Below are positions 1-14,000 of a stretch of 64,000 bases of DNA, piece after piece. The translations under genes were made by a program, and so were the position numbers. The notes beneath the pieces were generated by a model. The model ran no database searches and had not been told where the DNA came from. It saw only the letters and a program-made list of their open reading frames with translations. Within the stretch, counting starts at the first letter, position 1. Each line of letters opens with the position of its first letter. Origin of the DNA: Amoebophrya sp. A120 (lineage: Eukaryota > Protista > Dinoflagellata); assembly GCA_905178155.1 (NCBI GenBank), contig CAJINV010000005.1, forward strand, positions 5,411,038 through 5,475,037, given 5' to 3'.

Positions 1-3000
1 CCACCCGACGGATCTCGTGCCGACTAGGACCACCCTGGAAGTAGATGGTCATCACGCCCAGGATCTTCATACAACTGGACGAGATGACGCAGTTCCTTCT
101 CGTCCTCGTCTCGTCCACGATGAAAATGCAAACGACCCACCACAGGACGAGCTCGTCCGTGCAAGAGCAACTGGCTCTGCCAACAGCGCAAGAAACAACT
201 CCAACTCGTCCACTGGCGGAACCCGAACCGGGGGCAACGACGTTGTGTCTTGTTGTTCTACCGCTCCGGTTGCGCTGCAGCTGAAACAACAAATTCATGA
301 CGGGGATGAAGAAAATGTTGACGAAAGAAAAAATTCTACGGGCTTTACTGGAGGTGTAGTTGACACCAGAAGTAATAGAAGTCTTCCTGATCATCATGAC
401 CACCCCGTTCATCCTACTTCCGGCGCGAGAACATCGACCAAGACGACGAGCGCCACGACCACGCCCTCTTCTATCCTGACCAAGCTGCGGCTTTTGAACG
501 CTTTCCTGGTGCGGCGCTTTCTCGTGTATCCACAGTAAATATCCCGGACACGTACATCAAATGTGGTTTCTGCATGACAAAACTTGCCTCCAATCCTAGT
601 GCAGCATGACAAGCTGGGCTCCGCAAGGTAGCGAAATTTGTCATGCATTTTGTACATGTTGTACAGGAAATTTACATCGCATATCGTGGTCCAGCTGCGG
701 CGAAAGAGACGGATTCAGGTGGTGTACAACTGTCTGAACCACTGGAATATCGAGTGCAAATATGTCTGGGTCTGGAAGAGTGCCAGGTTTGTCATGCAGG
801 TTTTCCATGGCCACCCATGAGGGGTGGTATGTAGGACATAGCACGACAGATTCTGCGAGAGTTCAATCATGCCTGGTCTGCATGAGAAACTACTGCCTCT
901 CGATTAGGTCAAAAGCGCACAGCTTTTGGCAATCATGCAACACAGATTTACTTTACATGATTTTGATTCAGATTTAGCATGACAAGTTGCACCCTTTGTC
1001 TGCTTCCAGACCCAGACACATTTGCATTTGATATGGAAAATTCTCGGCAGGCTGATGCTTGCGTTCAAGCAGTATTACGCCAAGATCCGCAGAGTTCAGT
1101 CCTGTATCCTGTGCAAGAGCATCGTATTCGTATAAATGCATTATAAATTTTCTCAGCATGAGAAACAATAACAAATGAAACTTGTAATGCGGATTGACTT
1201 TAAGAAAAAGATTTAAGTATAATGCATCATGACTGCAATTAGTACGAGTACGTGTGCGATACTTTTGCGCTGCATATCCTGGTGGAAGGAAGACGCCGGG
1301 AAAAAACTAGCGGCGAAAGTCCAACGGCTGACGAATCGGTGGACCAAAATCGAGTACCAGATCGTGGAAAAAAAGTTGCTGGCTTTAGAAGACCACAGTG
1401 CGCCGGGAGCTAGTACAACTACAGTTGCGGGGGCGGATCATATCGCAAGAAAAAACTTGTAATGCAGAAACTGTATCTCAGAAGTGTTTGTCTTGCTACA
1501 CATGCAAGCCAGGTGATGTTTAGCTGTGTTTTCCCTTAGGGACCTCGCATGGCAAGTCTTCCCTGTCATGTAGAGCAAACTTGTAATGCAAAACTTGCAA
1601 AATTCCTACAGTGAAACACCTTTTTCGTACGATAGATCGAGGCCGAGTGAACTACAAACAGGGCGGCGCGACGAGGAGGAGAGGGAACAACATAAAGAAC
1701 TTGAACGGTAGTTCATCTGTGGCGCAAGCAAATCAAAAAAAGAACCCGATCCACCCGGGCAGCTGCAACTTCTTCTACAAGGACAACAACCACACCTCCG
1801 GAACTAGTAGTACAGTGAAGCTTCGCAATTTTAACACGTCCCTAGCTGGGGGCTCTACTGGTGGTCGTGCTGGTGGTATGGAGAGAAAAAAGTTTGTCAC
1901 AGTCACTACCTTGCAGGTTTTGCATTACAAATTTTTTCAGCATCACAGCTTTTCCCTGTATTGCAGAAACACTAGGGAAATGCCTTATGAAGTTTGGCTG
2001 TGATGCATTTTTACGCATGACAGAAAATTTTGTATTGCAAAAATGCGCATAAATGGTTGTGGCGAACTTTTTTTGTTTGATAGGTGGCGGCGCTGCAGGG
2101 TACTCGACGTCAAAAGCTGGCAACTTATCGACTTCATCCACCTCAGCGGTATCAACTGTAAAAATGTCTGGGTCTGGAAGAATGCAACTTGTCATGCTAA
2201 ATCTGAAGCATGCAAAAATCTGCGTTGCATGATTACCAAAAGTCGTCCAGATTTGACCAAGTCGGGAGGGAGTTGCTCATGCAGGATAGGCATGAGAGAG
2301 ATCGGACCGAATCTGTCATGCTAGGCCCTGCATTCCAGACCTCGCGGGTCATGGAAAAGCTGCATGACAAATCGCGCATTCTTCCAGACCCATACACTTT
2401 TACACTTGATAAGCGGTGCAAAGCAGCAAGGTTCAAAAGATGCTCCAATTGGATTTTTCGGAGCGCGTGCAACTAGCTATGGTCTCGGAGCCAGTCCGGA
2501 CGAAGTTTATCAAGCAGCACCTGCGCCAGCTGCGGACGTCCGACTACCTGCCGAAAGTGAAAAACTGGGAGAAGGTATCACGAAGAAAAACCCCCCTTCC
2601 CCATATCAATGTCAGCTTTTTTGTCATGCTAGAAGGCAAATAAAGATGCGGACTCACTACAACTGTAGTGCTTGGTGGCGTGGGAAAGTAAGCCTTGCAG
2701 CTTCAGCATGACAGGAGACAGTGGGGAGCAGCATCATGGCAAATTGCCTGCAAGAAACGAGGCCACGACTGCGGCTCTTGGCCTTCTAGCAATACAAGTC
2801 GATTTGTGTATTCTGATACAGCATCACAAATTTCGTTTTCGATATGGGGAGGTGGGGGGAGTTTTCCTTGCAATAGAAGCTGTTCAAGATCTACCAAGAG
2901 AAGTTGAAGAGCTGGTGCGAAGATCGTATCCTGTGCAAAAGTGTCGTATTTGTATTGCAGTCATGCATTACAAATCTTTTTCTATAAGGAAATCAGCATT

Positions 3001-5992
3001 ACAAACTTTATTTCTCATCATGCTGAGGAAATTTGTAATGCAGTTATCCGAATGCGATACTTTTGCAATTCATAGATCGGAAGGCGATTCAATTTCTGCA
3101 CCAGATGCTCTCCCCGCCCGCTGCCAGCTCTGTTTCCTCGAGCGGCGGCGGTGGTGGTAGAAATAACAGCGCTCCTGCGGCTGCTGGAAATAGTACAAGT
3201 GGCAAAACAAGCAGCAAGACGAGCAATAGTACTTCTTCTGGCGCAGGCGCCAGGGCAGGACCGCACCGACGCCAGTCTTTGATCGAAATGGAGTACTTGC
3301 ACTCGAAGCCGTATCCCCTTCCCACCGGGTGCGGCTTTTTTAAGCCAGAATTCGCCATTTCTGACGAGACGTTGAACCAGTGGATTATATGCATTGCAAA
3401 AGTAAAAGTATCGTACCAGTATGAATAGCATTACAAATTTCTCCAAGAGAAAAAATGCAATTTGTCATGCTGGACAAGGTAGAAAGGTAGACGTAGATGA
3501 TTTGTAATGCATATGCCTGCCATTACTACGAGTGCGATACTTTTGCACAGGATAGATTACCAAATGTCGGAACGACATGCACGGAAACACCATCACGAGC
3601 ATTACCCAGGCGTGCTCGAAGTCCTTCTACGGGTCTTCCTCTCGTTCCTCGTGGCGCCCGGGCAGTTATGCTGTGCAACAGTATCGTACTACTTGCAAAT
3701 ATGCATGACAAATATTTTTCCTAGCGAAAAGAAGCATTACAAATTCCACTTTCCTTTTTGCCAAAATTTGTCATGCATTTTTCATACTAGTGCGATGCTG
3801 TTGCAATGCATAGCAGTACTTCTAGAACAATTGGGAGCTGTAATTATCATGGGGCGGCTGCTGGTACGTCGTCTACGAAGGATGGAAAACCGAACGAAGA
3901 AGATTCTTCCCCCTCCTCCGCGGCCTCCAGCACGTCTTCAGACGATTCCGGCAGCAGTTCATCCGCGCCAGAGGATCCTGAAGACTCGGACGATCCTTCC
4001 GACGCAGAGCAGAACATCGCCGCAACTTGGTCGGGGAGCAATTGTATTAGTGATAAAAATGTACAACTAGCCCTCAGAGCTGCAGCGCCAGGGCCCGGAG
4101 CAGGAGCTGCAGCCGCATCTTCTGCGGCAACTGGTTATCCTAAGCAAAAACGTCCCCACCCCATAGTCAAGTTGGGAATCTAGCAACACAAATCCCCAAG
4201 TTTTGGGAGCTGTGCGTGACAAGTTTCCCTCTGCAGTGTAGTGCTGGTCGGCAAGGGAAGCCGCATCAGAAAGCCATTTTCTCATCCCGTTTACAGCATT
4301 AGAAATTCCAAAACACGATTGGAATTTAGAAATGCCTCCCCTGGAGCTGCGCATTACAAATGTTCCTGTCAGTGCACGACATTTGCTTTTGCATGACAAC
4401 TCCGGGGTGCGGACGGGTTTACTTCGGATACTACTGGCGGTTTTTTTACCGCAGGTGGCCGTGGACGAGATCCAAGTGCAGCGGCTGGGTCTATGCACTG
4501 CAAAAGTATCGTACTCGCATAAATGCATGACAAATGTCCTCAGCATGGGAAATGAAATTTGTAATGCTGCTTCACCTTAAGAAAAAGATTTGTAAGGCAT
4601 GACTGCAATACGAATGCGATACTTTTGCACAGGATAGGGTCGTCACCTGCTCGATTTTCCTCGCCGTCGCCACTCTCGATGTTGGGGGCGAACAGCATCG
4701 GTGCGGGGGGAGGGGTATGAATTGCAAAAGTATCGTATTCGTATAAATGCATTACAAATTTCCTCAGCATGACAAATAAAATCTGTAATGCTAATTTGCC
4801 TTAAGAACAGGATTTGTAATGCATGATTACAATACGAGTACGATAGTTTTGCACAGGATAAGGGGGTAGTGTCCCGTCGCCGTCGAACAAGCTGCCCGGC
4901 GCCATGGGACGCATGTTTTATCAAAGTGAAAAAAGCCCCCACCCCATACTCAAAAGGCAATTTGTGTTGCTGGATTTGTGTACACAAATAAACTTTGTAT
5001 TGCGTGAAGAGCTTGCCGGTATATTCCAAGGCCATTTGGGTACTACGCATCCGGCTTGCAGCTGCGCATGAGAAACAAGTCTGACATAGGCGAAAACGCA
5101 TCACAGACTGGCTGCACAATGCACCACATGGGTGCCGTTTGCCTTGTGCGCAAGACAAAGTCAATTTGTGGCCACATATCAGCATCACAAATTTCCTTTT
5201 CGATATGGGGAGGGGGGATTTTTCCTCGCGATATGTTTGCCAACCTCGTTCTCGCGGACGCGCACGACGGGACTGGCGACTTCTATGGAATCGTCAGGTT
5301 TGAAATCGACAAAGTTGCAATGATTTGCCGTGCACAAAATGGATGCCAGTTGCAACCCAGTTTCCAAGCGGCGCATGACAAACCTCGGCGATGCTTAGTT
5401 CCAGTTTGTCATGCTGTTTAGGCAAAGATGACTGACTTTCTCATGCTACTTTAGCGGCTCGAGCTCTAACCCCAAACAGGCTTACAATTGCCCTCACTTG
5501 CCTGCTCTGCAACACACGTATTTCGCGCTATGCATTTTATGCATCACAAAGTATTTCAAGAACTTTGTCGATTTCAAACCTGACGCTTCCATAACTTCAT
5601 CGCGACACGCCGAAGGCCGCGAGAAGACAGCATTCTGAACAAGAAGCGGGGCTTATCAACTGCAAAAGTGTCTGGGTCTGGAAGAGTCGGGACTTGTGAT
5701 GCACATTTTGCATGACCCGTGAGGTCTGTGATGCTGGTGCTAGCGTCACAGATTTTTTGAGACCTTCTTGATGCTAATTACGCATGAGAAATGCCCTCTC
5801 CGCGTGCCAAGAGCTGACTCCTCTTGCTGCTCATGCAACACAGATACTTTTAGAATCCGCAGACAGCATAATTACAAGTTCCACTCTTCCCGACCCAGAC
5901 ACTTTTGTATTCCATAGGGCTCCGGAGGGGAAATTTTACCGAACAACCTGGAAGAGGTTTTCCAGCAGGTCGAGAATGTTCACTTTGAATGA
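1..5992 (+). CDS. Gene 1 (5' partial), hypothetical protein with an IQ-like segment, split by 16 introner elements
   Basis: Removing each element plus 5 nt joins ORF 17-538 to a continuous frame ...RRFLVVQLRRKRRIQVVYNCLNHWKILGRLMLAFKQYYAKIRRVQSWWKEDAGKK...EEVFQQVENVHFE, TGA at 5990-5992. The frame is open to the left edge. The IQ-like call (IRRVQSWWK) is weak. Confidence 0.85.
527..683. mobile_element. Introner family G
   Basis: TAT…ATA, imperfect TIR, TSD TCGTG. Confidence 0.9.
748..1033. mobile_element. Introner family B (TIR …TGTCTGGGTCTGGAA)
   Basis: TIR, TSD TGGAA. Confidence 0.92.
1105..1276. mobile_element. Introner family A (TIR TATCCTGTGCAAAAGTATCG)
   Basis: TIR, TSD TCCTG. Confidence 0.92.
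1441..1634. mobile_element. Introner family F
   Basis: TSD GATCA/GATCG. Confidence 0.88.
1877..2082. mobile_element. Introner family F-like
   Basis: TSD GGTGG. Confidence 0.88.
2150..2411. mobile_element. Introner family B
   Basis: TIR, TSD AGCGG. Confidence 0.92.
2576..2875. mobile_element. Introner family E (TIR …CCCCCTCCCCATA)
   Basis: TSD GAAGG/GAAGC. Confidence 0.9.
2927..3074. mobile_element. Introner family A
   Basis: TIR, TSD GATCG. Confidence 0.92.
3388..3554. mobile_element. Introner family A (reverse orientation)
   Basis: TIR, TSD GATTA. Confidence 0.92.
3667..3812. mobile_element. Introner family A
   Basis: TIR, TSD GCAGT. Confidence 0.9.
4136..4430. mobile_element. Introner family D (TIR TATCCTGAGTAAAAACGTCCCCAC)
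   Basis: TIR; TSD CTGGT vs CTA-CTGGC. Confidence 0.85.
4492..4636. mobile_element. Introner family A (reverse)
   Basis: TIR, TSD GGGTC. Confidence 0.92.
4716..4860. mobile_element. Introner family A (reverse)
   Basis: TIR, TSD AGGGG. Confidence 0.92.
4919..5233. mobile_element. Introner family E
   Basis: TSD TGTTT. Confidence 0.92.
5284..5593. mobile_element. Introner family C (TIR TATGGRAGYGTCAGG…GAAATCG)
   Basis: TIR, TSD ACTTC. Confidence 0.92.
5654..5916. mobile_element. Introner family B
   Basis: TIR, TSD GGGCT. Confidence 0.92.
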
Positions 5993-8055
5993 CCGGGGTT
6001 GTTGTAAAAAAATCGATCATAGCTGCAGACACCATTTATTAAGTACTTCATCTTCGTACGACAGCGAAAAGATAACGATATGACACCAGCAAAGTGATTA
6101 ATGCAGTGCAAAAATTTATTAGTAGTCTTATTTACGGTACTAGAAGATGTTACGAGTACGACGGCGACGCTAAGGCTACCGGTTTTTTTTTTTCGGAACC
6201 AACTACACGAAGATGCTGAGATTTTTGAACGACTTGCATAGAAGATACATGTTTACTTAGGCTTTAATATTGCACGATAGCCACAGCGACGGCCTACAAT
6301 AAGCGGGTGGTTGCGAGGTCTTGAATCTTTTTTACACATACACGGAAAATGAACCTGAAGACGATTTGCGCAGGACCATAACCCATATGGTAAAGGGTCG
6401 CACGAGCCATATTTTATGTACGATTTCTGGGGTAAGTGTGAAGCAGGAAGATTTCATCCGATAGCAACATCAGCGTGTTGCATTTGCATTTTTGAAAAAA
6501 ATGAACCTCAACAGAACTCTGGAAAACTCAAAGCGTCTTTAAGACGTGGATGTTTTTTATGGAGATTTTTGAAACATACTACATAGAAGTTCATCTACTT
6601 CCCATTGCTACTCTGTACATCAAGATCAAACTACATGACCAGAATACCCTGCAGCACCACCACACGGTTCGAAGAACACAACTACTACAAACATATTCAT
6701 CATTGATGAAGTGCTGGATTTAAAAATTCAAAATTCATCGCTTCTTTGGAAAAAAAAACCATTACAAATGAAGATACAACGTACCGCCAGGAGGTCCGTT
6801 GTCGGCGTGCCACTGCCGCCAGCGACACCACTACAATTATGCGTGGGGATAATAAGTACATGTTGTGACTTCATCGGTTGTCTACTAGAAAGTTTTGTCG
6901 GTCTTGCATTTGATTACTCTCGGTGTCGGTCCTTCCACTAAGTAACTCTGTTTCGTCGTCGTGGCGCCTACGACTTATACGTGACTTCTACTTCAACATA
7001 AAGGTAAATCTGAACTCAACAGGGCCTTAACATATCTTCGGTTCAAGTTCAACAGCTGCAAGAGATGGACCACGCTCGAAGAACATCATCAACAGCCAGT
7101 CTGTCTCGCAGTCGTGTGTGCTGGCCAGCACGACCCTTTATGTTGTCATCGCTCTTCGTCGGTTTTGAGTTGAATTGTAGCTGTCGTTGTCGTACAACAA
7201 AGCAGAGCCGCGTCGGTGTCGTTCAGCACGTTATAATCAGTCTGTCGTGAAGATGCATTTGCTGAACCAAGTATTAACTTCGTTCCGTCGACCTTGCCGT
7301 ACTAGTTCTTTCCATCGTCCTGATGTCATCCCTTTCCATGAAGAATAACAATAACTTCGTAAGCGTCGCTTTCCGTGCTTGCTGTCGTGTTCCAACTCGT
7401 GTAGAAGTCGTATAAATAGTGACAGCACAGCGACACCATGGGTGCCGCACGACGTTTGACGTTTCTCTCATTTTGATACTACTTGTTCAGATTTTTCTAA
7501 TTGTAATCAAAACTACAGAACCCGCACGACTTTTACCACTAACACTACGTCAACCCGTGAGGACAATTTCTTTACCCCCTGCTTTCGTTTCTTTTTAATC
7601 AACCTGTTTTTTTTACAGCAAATAAAACAAAAACTTTAAGAACCACTCAGTTCTCATCAACTTCAACAATAGTTCATCTTTCAGGAGCAGCAAGAACTGG
7701 AGTTGTGAGCTGTTTTAACTTTCAGCACAACAAGAAGATCGTCTTGCTCCCCCCCCACCTACGAGGACTCCGTTTCCATCTTGAAGAAGAGGCGCTCGAG
7801 CGTCGCGATACGAAAAACCGATTTGTTCTGCGTCATACTTCCGGGAGCGTCTTACTTCCGGTAGGTCAGTTCTGCAGGAGCACTTCGAGTCCTCGGCGTC
7901 GTCCTCGTCCACCAGGAGTTCATAGGCAGGAAACAAGTGGCTGCTGTACCAAATTTTATTCTGGAGCAAGTGGAGACTCGATAATAATTTCGGGCACAAG
8001 AACTGGACGGAGGCTGAGGAAATAAACTAGAAGGAAAAGAACGCAGTCGCAGAGG

Positions 8056-11000
8056 ATGCCGATGTGGGGTTCAATGCCATTTTTTTCCAAGAAGACGCTG
8101 ATTGCGGTTTGGTGGGCCAGCCTGGTCGGGGAGGTGGAAGGTACAGGTGCTGCTGCGGGGAGTGCCGATCTTCCCGCTCAACCTGTTAATGAAGATAAGA
8201 GATTCGATCCAACAAAACCATTTAAGATCCGGTTCCCAAGGGCCAAAGGAATAATGGTTACCGAGATGCTATTGCTGGCAAGAAAAAAATCCATCGCACT
8301 AACAATCATGCACATGCGGAATCGCCGCGCACTACAAATCGTGACGCGAAACGACGAGATGGAGAACTACTCTGCATGCAGATGTGCAAGCGCGGCGCTC
8401 CTTTTCATTTTCATTCGGCTTCACGCCTGGTGCATGTTGCGACCCACTTGTCGCTTTCCTACTTGTCGCGTTCCTGTAGGCGCGTGGTGAAGTGAATACT
8501 TAGATTGATACGCACAAACAACTGCTGCAGCTGACGTCTCACGTGCAGCTGACGCAGCTGGTCGAGAACTCGCTCGCCAGCTTTCAACTTTTCTTTTTCA
8601 AATGAAATGTAAAAGTAAATTTTGGTTATGATTTTTTTTTTTTTTGCAGATGAAAAATTGGTAGTGTGGTGCGGGGAATTTTTTTCTTTCCATCGCGTCA
8701 GGGCTCTGACAACCTTCAAGCCATGTTCGATAAGGAGGCCACTTCACGTCAAGCTCAAGGAGCTCAAGATTCAGGCGCAGCTGCTGCACAAGCACTCGTG
8801 GACCTGGCCGAACAGATCGAGAGCCAGACGATGGAGATGGTACTCGTCCACCACGATGCAGCGGAGGGACAAGAACATGAAGTTCCAGGCGGGGTCCGCC
8901 ACGAAGTCCCTAACGCTGATCGTAATATTTATTGGTGTGGGAAAATAATATTTTCCCACAAAATAAAGATGTTCGATACAATAGCAACAGCAGAACACGA
9001 AGAAGCTGCATCGCAAAAATGTTTGAAGATGTCGGAACCCCGCGAAGGAGATTCGGGAGACAAACGACGCGACCTACTACTTGTGCCAGATAACGGCGCC
9101 TGCTCCGACCTATGCATCGGCGGAATTGCTGACAGACCTTCTTTGAGGTCGCAATGGGAGATCGCCACGCCTAACGGCAACATTCTGGAGCGGAATGCAG
9201 ACCGACGAGTCTTGGTTGCGGACAAGGACAAGTTTGACACTCTGAAGGACACGGATCTGATGAACCCAGATTCCGTCGCGGGTCTTCGCTCGAACGCGGG
9301 GGACCTTCGCCCCGCAATTCAGCTTACGAAAAGACCCCACGCAGCGGAGAATGGGTGGCCCCGCAACCTTGAGATTTTGCAGGAAAGACCTACATCAGGA
9401 GGGGATGGCGGAACGATCTGGATAGGAACCACCAGTCCGGCTCATCAAGGTGCGAACCAAATGTATTTCGCCGCACCGGCCGTTTCAGCTCCAGAGGAAC
9501 CGGCAAGGGCAAGGGGCGATCCGGAACCAGGTTTGTTTTTTATCTTATGCCGTTTGACTTGATGTTGATGTTGATCTGTATTCTTGACCTTTTAGTTTTT
9601 CTCTGATTTTTGGCGTCCTCCCAGACGAGCCAGGTTTTTCTCAAAAAGAAAGGGGTCGTTGCCTGCACATCATGTTAATTTATCAGAAGGACAACTAGAG
9701 ACAGGCGGAGCTGCAGTAGTATCAGCCGTATAAATATGCATAAAACTCCTATAATTTTACATGCATATTTGTACAAGCTGCACGCACTACCAATACTTCC
9801 TACGATCGCAAAACTTCAATGAGAGTGTTGCCTTTTGTTCGTCCACGTCACCCATAGTTTGATAATAATTGTTCAGAAATGAGTCACGTTCTTGTGCGTA
9901 TAATTTACATATATATAATACATAAACGCTTACCTTTTTTAGAAGTCCAAGCCTACCGCGAAGCTTTATGGTCCACCTTAGTTGTGTATGTTAATGCATA
10001 AATCTAACAGGCGGAGCCGGAGGAGCAGGAGGAGGGCCAGCAGATCCAGTTCTTCCAGGTGCGAGCGTATGAAATCAATGATGCCTACTTGTGCTTTTGT
10101 TCGGCCACGCCCTCCCAGCATAATACTTATTCTTTTTTAGTCCAGGCCCACCGCGAATCAACATTGTCAACCTTAGCACGTTGAACCACAGAGCAAGCAC
10201 GTGGTGCTTACTTTTGTTCGTCCACGCCCAGCATAGTAATTGTTCTTTTTTAGTCCAGGCGGCCCCCCGCGTAGCAACATGGCCCACCTGCTTTGTTAGC
10301 GTGAACCACAGACCGAGCACGTGACAGGTGGACCATTTCACTCTGCGTCGGCGTGGAAACAGCGCTAGCGGCGGGGGCGCACGGGCCGCGTTCAAGCGGC
10401 GCGCGCATAGTCGTGCCTTGATAATGGTCGGCCACTCCAGAACAAGTCTCGAGATCATAGCATGTATCCAGCGGTCTCGGGATCAGGCTTCAATAGCGCC
10501 AGCTATCAACTAATAGAGGAACACCGCGACGAGCTCGGGGCTTTTAGAAGTCCAGGGACCAATCATAGCTTTAAGCGAGCGCCATTAGATTTTCTTCCGC
10601 TTAGGGCCGCTTTCCCTCGCGCCGCGGTTGAATCGCTTCGGACGATTATATGGGCATAAGTAAAAGTAGACGCAGCGTCGAGCACTTACGTGCTGGCTGC
10701 TGGAAAATTACAAAGGCGCTTGTTGCTAATGCCAAGGGTTTTTCAAAGGGGCAAAGACGTTTAGTACAAAAATGATCCAATTCCAAATGACTATCAGGTC
10801 TAGTAGCACCACCACAAGCAGCAGCAGCAGCAGCAGCAGAAACAGCAGCGCCAGCAGCTGCTCCGCCAGCTGGGCCAGGTACTACGAGCGCAAAGAAATT
10901 AATGATGTCTTTCTTTGTTCGTCCTCGGTCATAGTAGTGATATTCCTTTTCCATAGTCCCTGCCGCTGCCCACCGCAAAGCAACATGGTCAACCTTGGAA

Positions 11001-14000
11001 GACCAAGCACGTGCCAGGTGGAATATGTCGCTTCGCATGTCAGAAGGAGCACTAGAGGCATGCGAAGGCGAAGCTGCAGTAGCAATTTAGCATAAAAAAG
11101 AAGCAAGAACAGGAGCAGCATAAAAAAGAAGCAGTTGTGTAAGTTAATGCATAATCAAACTAATCAGGGTCACCACCACCAGCAGCACCACCACGACCAC
11201 GAACTCGAGCAGTCCTCTCCGACCAACCGGTATCCGTAGCAATAGATATAAACGACCCCTCTCATCCATTACACCCCCACTACCAATCACCAGCAGCAAA
11301 GCGAGGTGCTGCCCCTGCTCTGCCAGATACAGGTACTACGAGCGCAAAAAAGTCAATGACGTCTTTATTTTTTTCGTTCACACCTTTTTTTTATACTTTA
11401 GCAAGAGCAGGAGAAGCTTAAAAAAGAAGCAGTTGATGTATAATGTTATGTTAATGCATAAAATTAAAACTAGCAGGTGGAGTAGAAGATCCAGCACCAC
11501 CACCACGACCACCACCAGCAAAACCGCCACCACCAAAACAAAAAGCGCCAGCAGCTTCTCAACCACCAGCACAGCTGGCTGGAGCTGCTGAGCCAGGTAC
11601 AACTACGAGCGCAAAAAATCAATGATGTTTTTATTTGTTCGTCCACACTCATAGTAGTGATGTTGCTTTTTGATAGTCCCTGCTCACCGCGATGAAGCAA
11701 CATAGTCAACCATAGGCACAGGGCGTTGAACCACCGAGAAAGCGCGTGCCAGTTGGATCATGCCGCTTCGCGGTTGGCGTCCATTCCGCAGCGTCTTTTT
11801 ACAGTTCCTCTTCATGGAGGAGCTGCTGCGGCAATATGCAATACAAATTTGTCTGGCTCGCGAAAAAATGACCTTCAGAAGATCCTCCTCAGAAAGATGG
11901 TCAAGGCCACGAAGCTGCATTGTCTTCCCCAGTGTTGAAGAAGGGAGGACAGCTTGGCCTTCCAGCGGGCGTGCCTTTGTGATACTGTGCGCCGCTCTTC
12001 AGAGTTGGTAGAGTCTTTGTAGGAAAAATAACAGCTGCAGTGGCGTAGATGAGACCTGTAACGACGCTTAGGCATAGGCTTCTTCTGTGAAAATAAAAGA
12101 CGCAGCGAGCAATTGCGTGCTGGCTGATGCTGACGAGATTTATATAAGCAGTGCGATCATTCATCGGAGTCGAAAAATTATATACTATACTTACAGACGG
12201 CGCTCCGGCTCCGGCTCTCACTATGCCACGACCACCACCACCACCACCACCACAAGGCCAACAACAACGACAACCACAACCACGACCACCAGGAGGAGCT
12301 GTGGAGCTAGTAGCTCTAGGTAAGAGCGCAACATGAAATCAATGATGCCTACTTTTGTTCGTCGTCGTCCACACTCAACATAACTACTATTGCCTAAATA
12401 TCCCTTTTTTTTTTTATTATGTATTCCGTGAGCTGTGTCATTCTCATTGTCCGAGCCGAAAAGGCAAAGCGGAAGTGGGTTGGCATGAAGATGAATCGGC
12501 GCAAGGTGCTAGTCGTGCCCAAAGAATAACTGTGACTACCAGGCACAGGCCTGGCGTCAGCTTCTTCAAGTGGAGTGCCACAGTAACGCCAGACCGCCCG
12601 TAGTTACCTTGACGATTTCAAAACAATTCCAAACTGAATTCAAAACGCCAGGGGGGGCGCCAGGGGCGTGCTCAAGCGCGCGTAATATAGCCTTGATCAT
12701 TAGAATGGCCGCGCAGGAGTAGTTGCAGTTGCCAACAAGACTGCAGACCGGGCTGAGGCTGATCTCTCTCTGCTCTCGCGCTCGCGCCTCACGTTGAGTG
12801 TCATTGTCAGTGCCTAAAAGTGGAAGTAGGTGAGCATGATGAATCGACGCAAGTTACTAGTCGTGTGGATGTGCGCACTGTTTTTAAGTAATCAAAGCCA
12901 AGAAAGCCGTGTATTGAACTCACCAAGGCTCGCTGTGAGATAATTTCCTCTTATTTGAGAAGGCACAGAACGATATCGGGTAGCAGCTGGATTAGCAGTC
13001 ATTTTAGGGGTAGCTCATGACTAGGGCAAGCTTATACAACAGAAATGATCAGCACCATCGCCGAAAACAAATTTGAGCAGCAGGGTCTCAGGAGCCTGTT
13101 AGTTTTGTTACCAAGGCCACTTCTAGAATCGCATCGCAAATATCGCAATCACATCAACTACATCGATTACAGGATTGCAGACAATCCAAGAAGGAGAAGA
13201 AGAAGAAGAAGAAGGAGAAGAAGACGGGCCGGGAGGTACTAGAGTCAATAATTTGATGAGGTAGGTGGAGTAGGGGAATTAGAGTTGTGTCTTTTCAAGC
13301 CCTCTGCAGGTTCCAAGCCCTCTGCAGGTTCTTGCAGAAGATCTTCAGATACAGCAGAGTCAAATTTGCAAGTTCTTATCCACAGAAGAAATGTTAGAAG
13401 TAAACCACCGGACTGCAGCCGCTTTCGATATTCCATGATGTTGAAAGCATCGCCACACTATAATGATTTGTGAAGAGTATAGTTAAATCGCGTCGCCGCG
13501 GTCCTCTCCCACCAACCACGAAGCTGCATCGTCTTCTCCAGTGTTGAAGGGAGGACTGCTTGGCCTTCCAGCGGGCATGCCTTCGCGACACTGTGCGCCG
13601 CTCTTCAGAGTTGGCAGAGTCTTTGTAGGAAAAAAAACCGCTGCAGTGGCGTAGATGAGACCTGACGTAACGGCGCTTAGGCATAGGCTTGTGAAAATAA
13701 AAGACGCAGCGAGCAATTGCGTGCTGGCTGCTGCTGAGATTTATATAAGCAGTGCGATCATTCGGAATCGGAAAATTATATACTATACAGGCGGCGATCC
13801 GGCTCCCCTTCAAGGACAAGACGGCCCAGGTGGGTGGTTGCGGTGGCCGCAGTGGCTGCGGCTGCCGCGGTGGCGACAACCACAAGAACCACAATCAGAA
13901 TCACAACCACCACCACAACCACCACAACCACTACAACCAGTACAACCAGTACAACCACTACAACAACAAGAACAACAACAACAACAACAAGGCCAACTAC

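Noticed and set aside
748-1033. Tc1/mariner MITEs with a TA target duplication
   Set aside because: A separate 5-bp duplication lies outside the TA, and the frame requires removing both TAs, so TA belongs to the element.
10075-13894. Recurring minus-strand peptides (HLARAW…VDHVA, NDRTAYINL) suggesting a gene family
   Set aside because: They are frameshifted and better explained as antisense readings of duplicated introns of gene 2.
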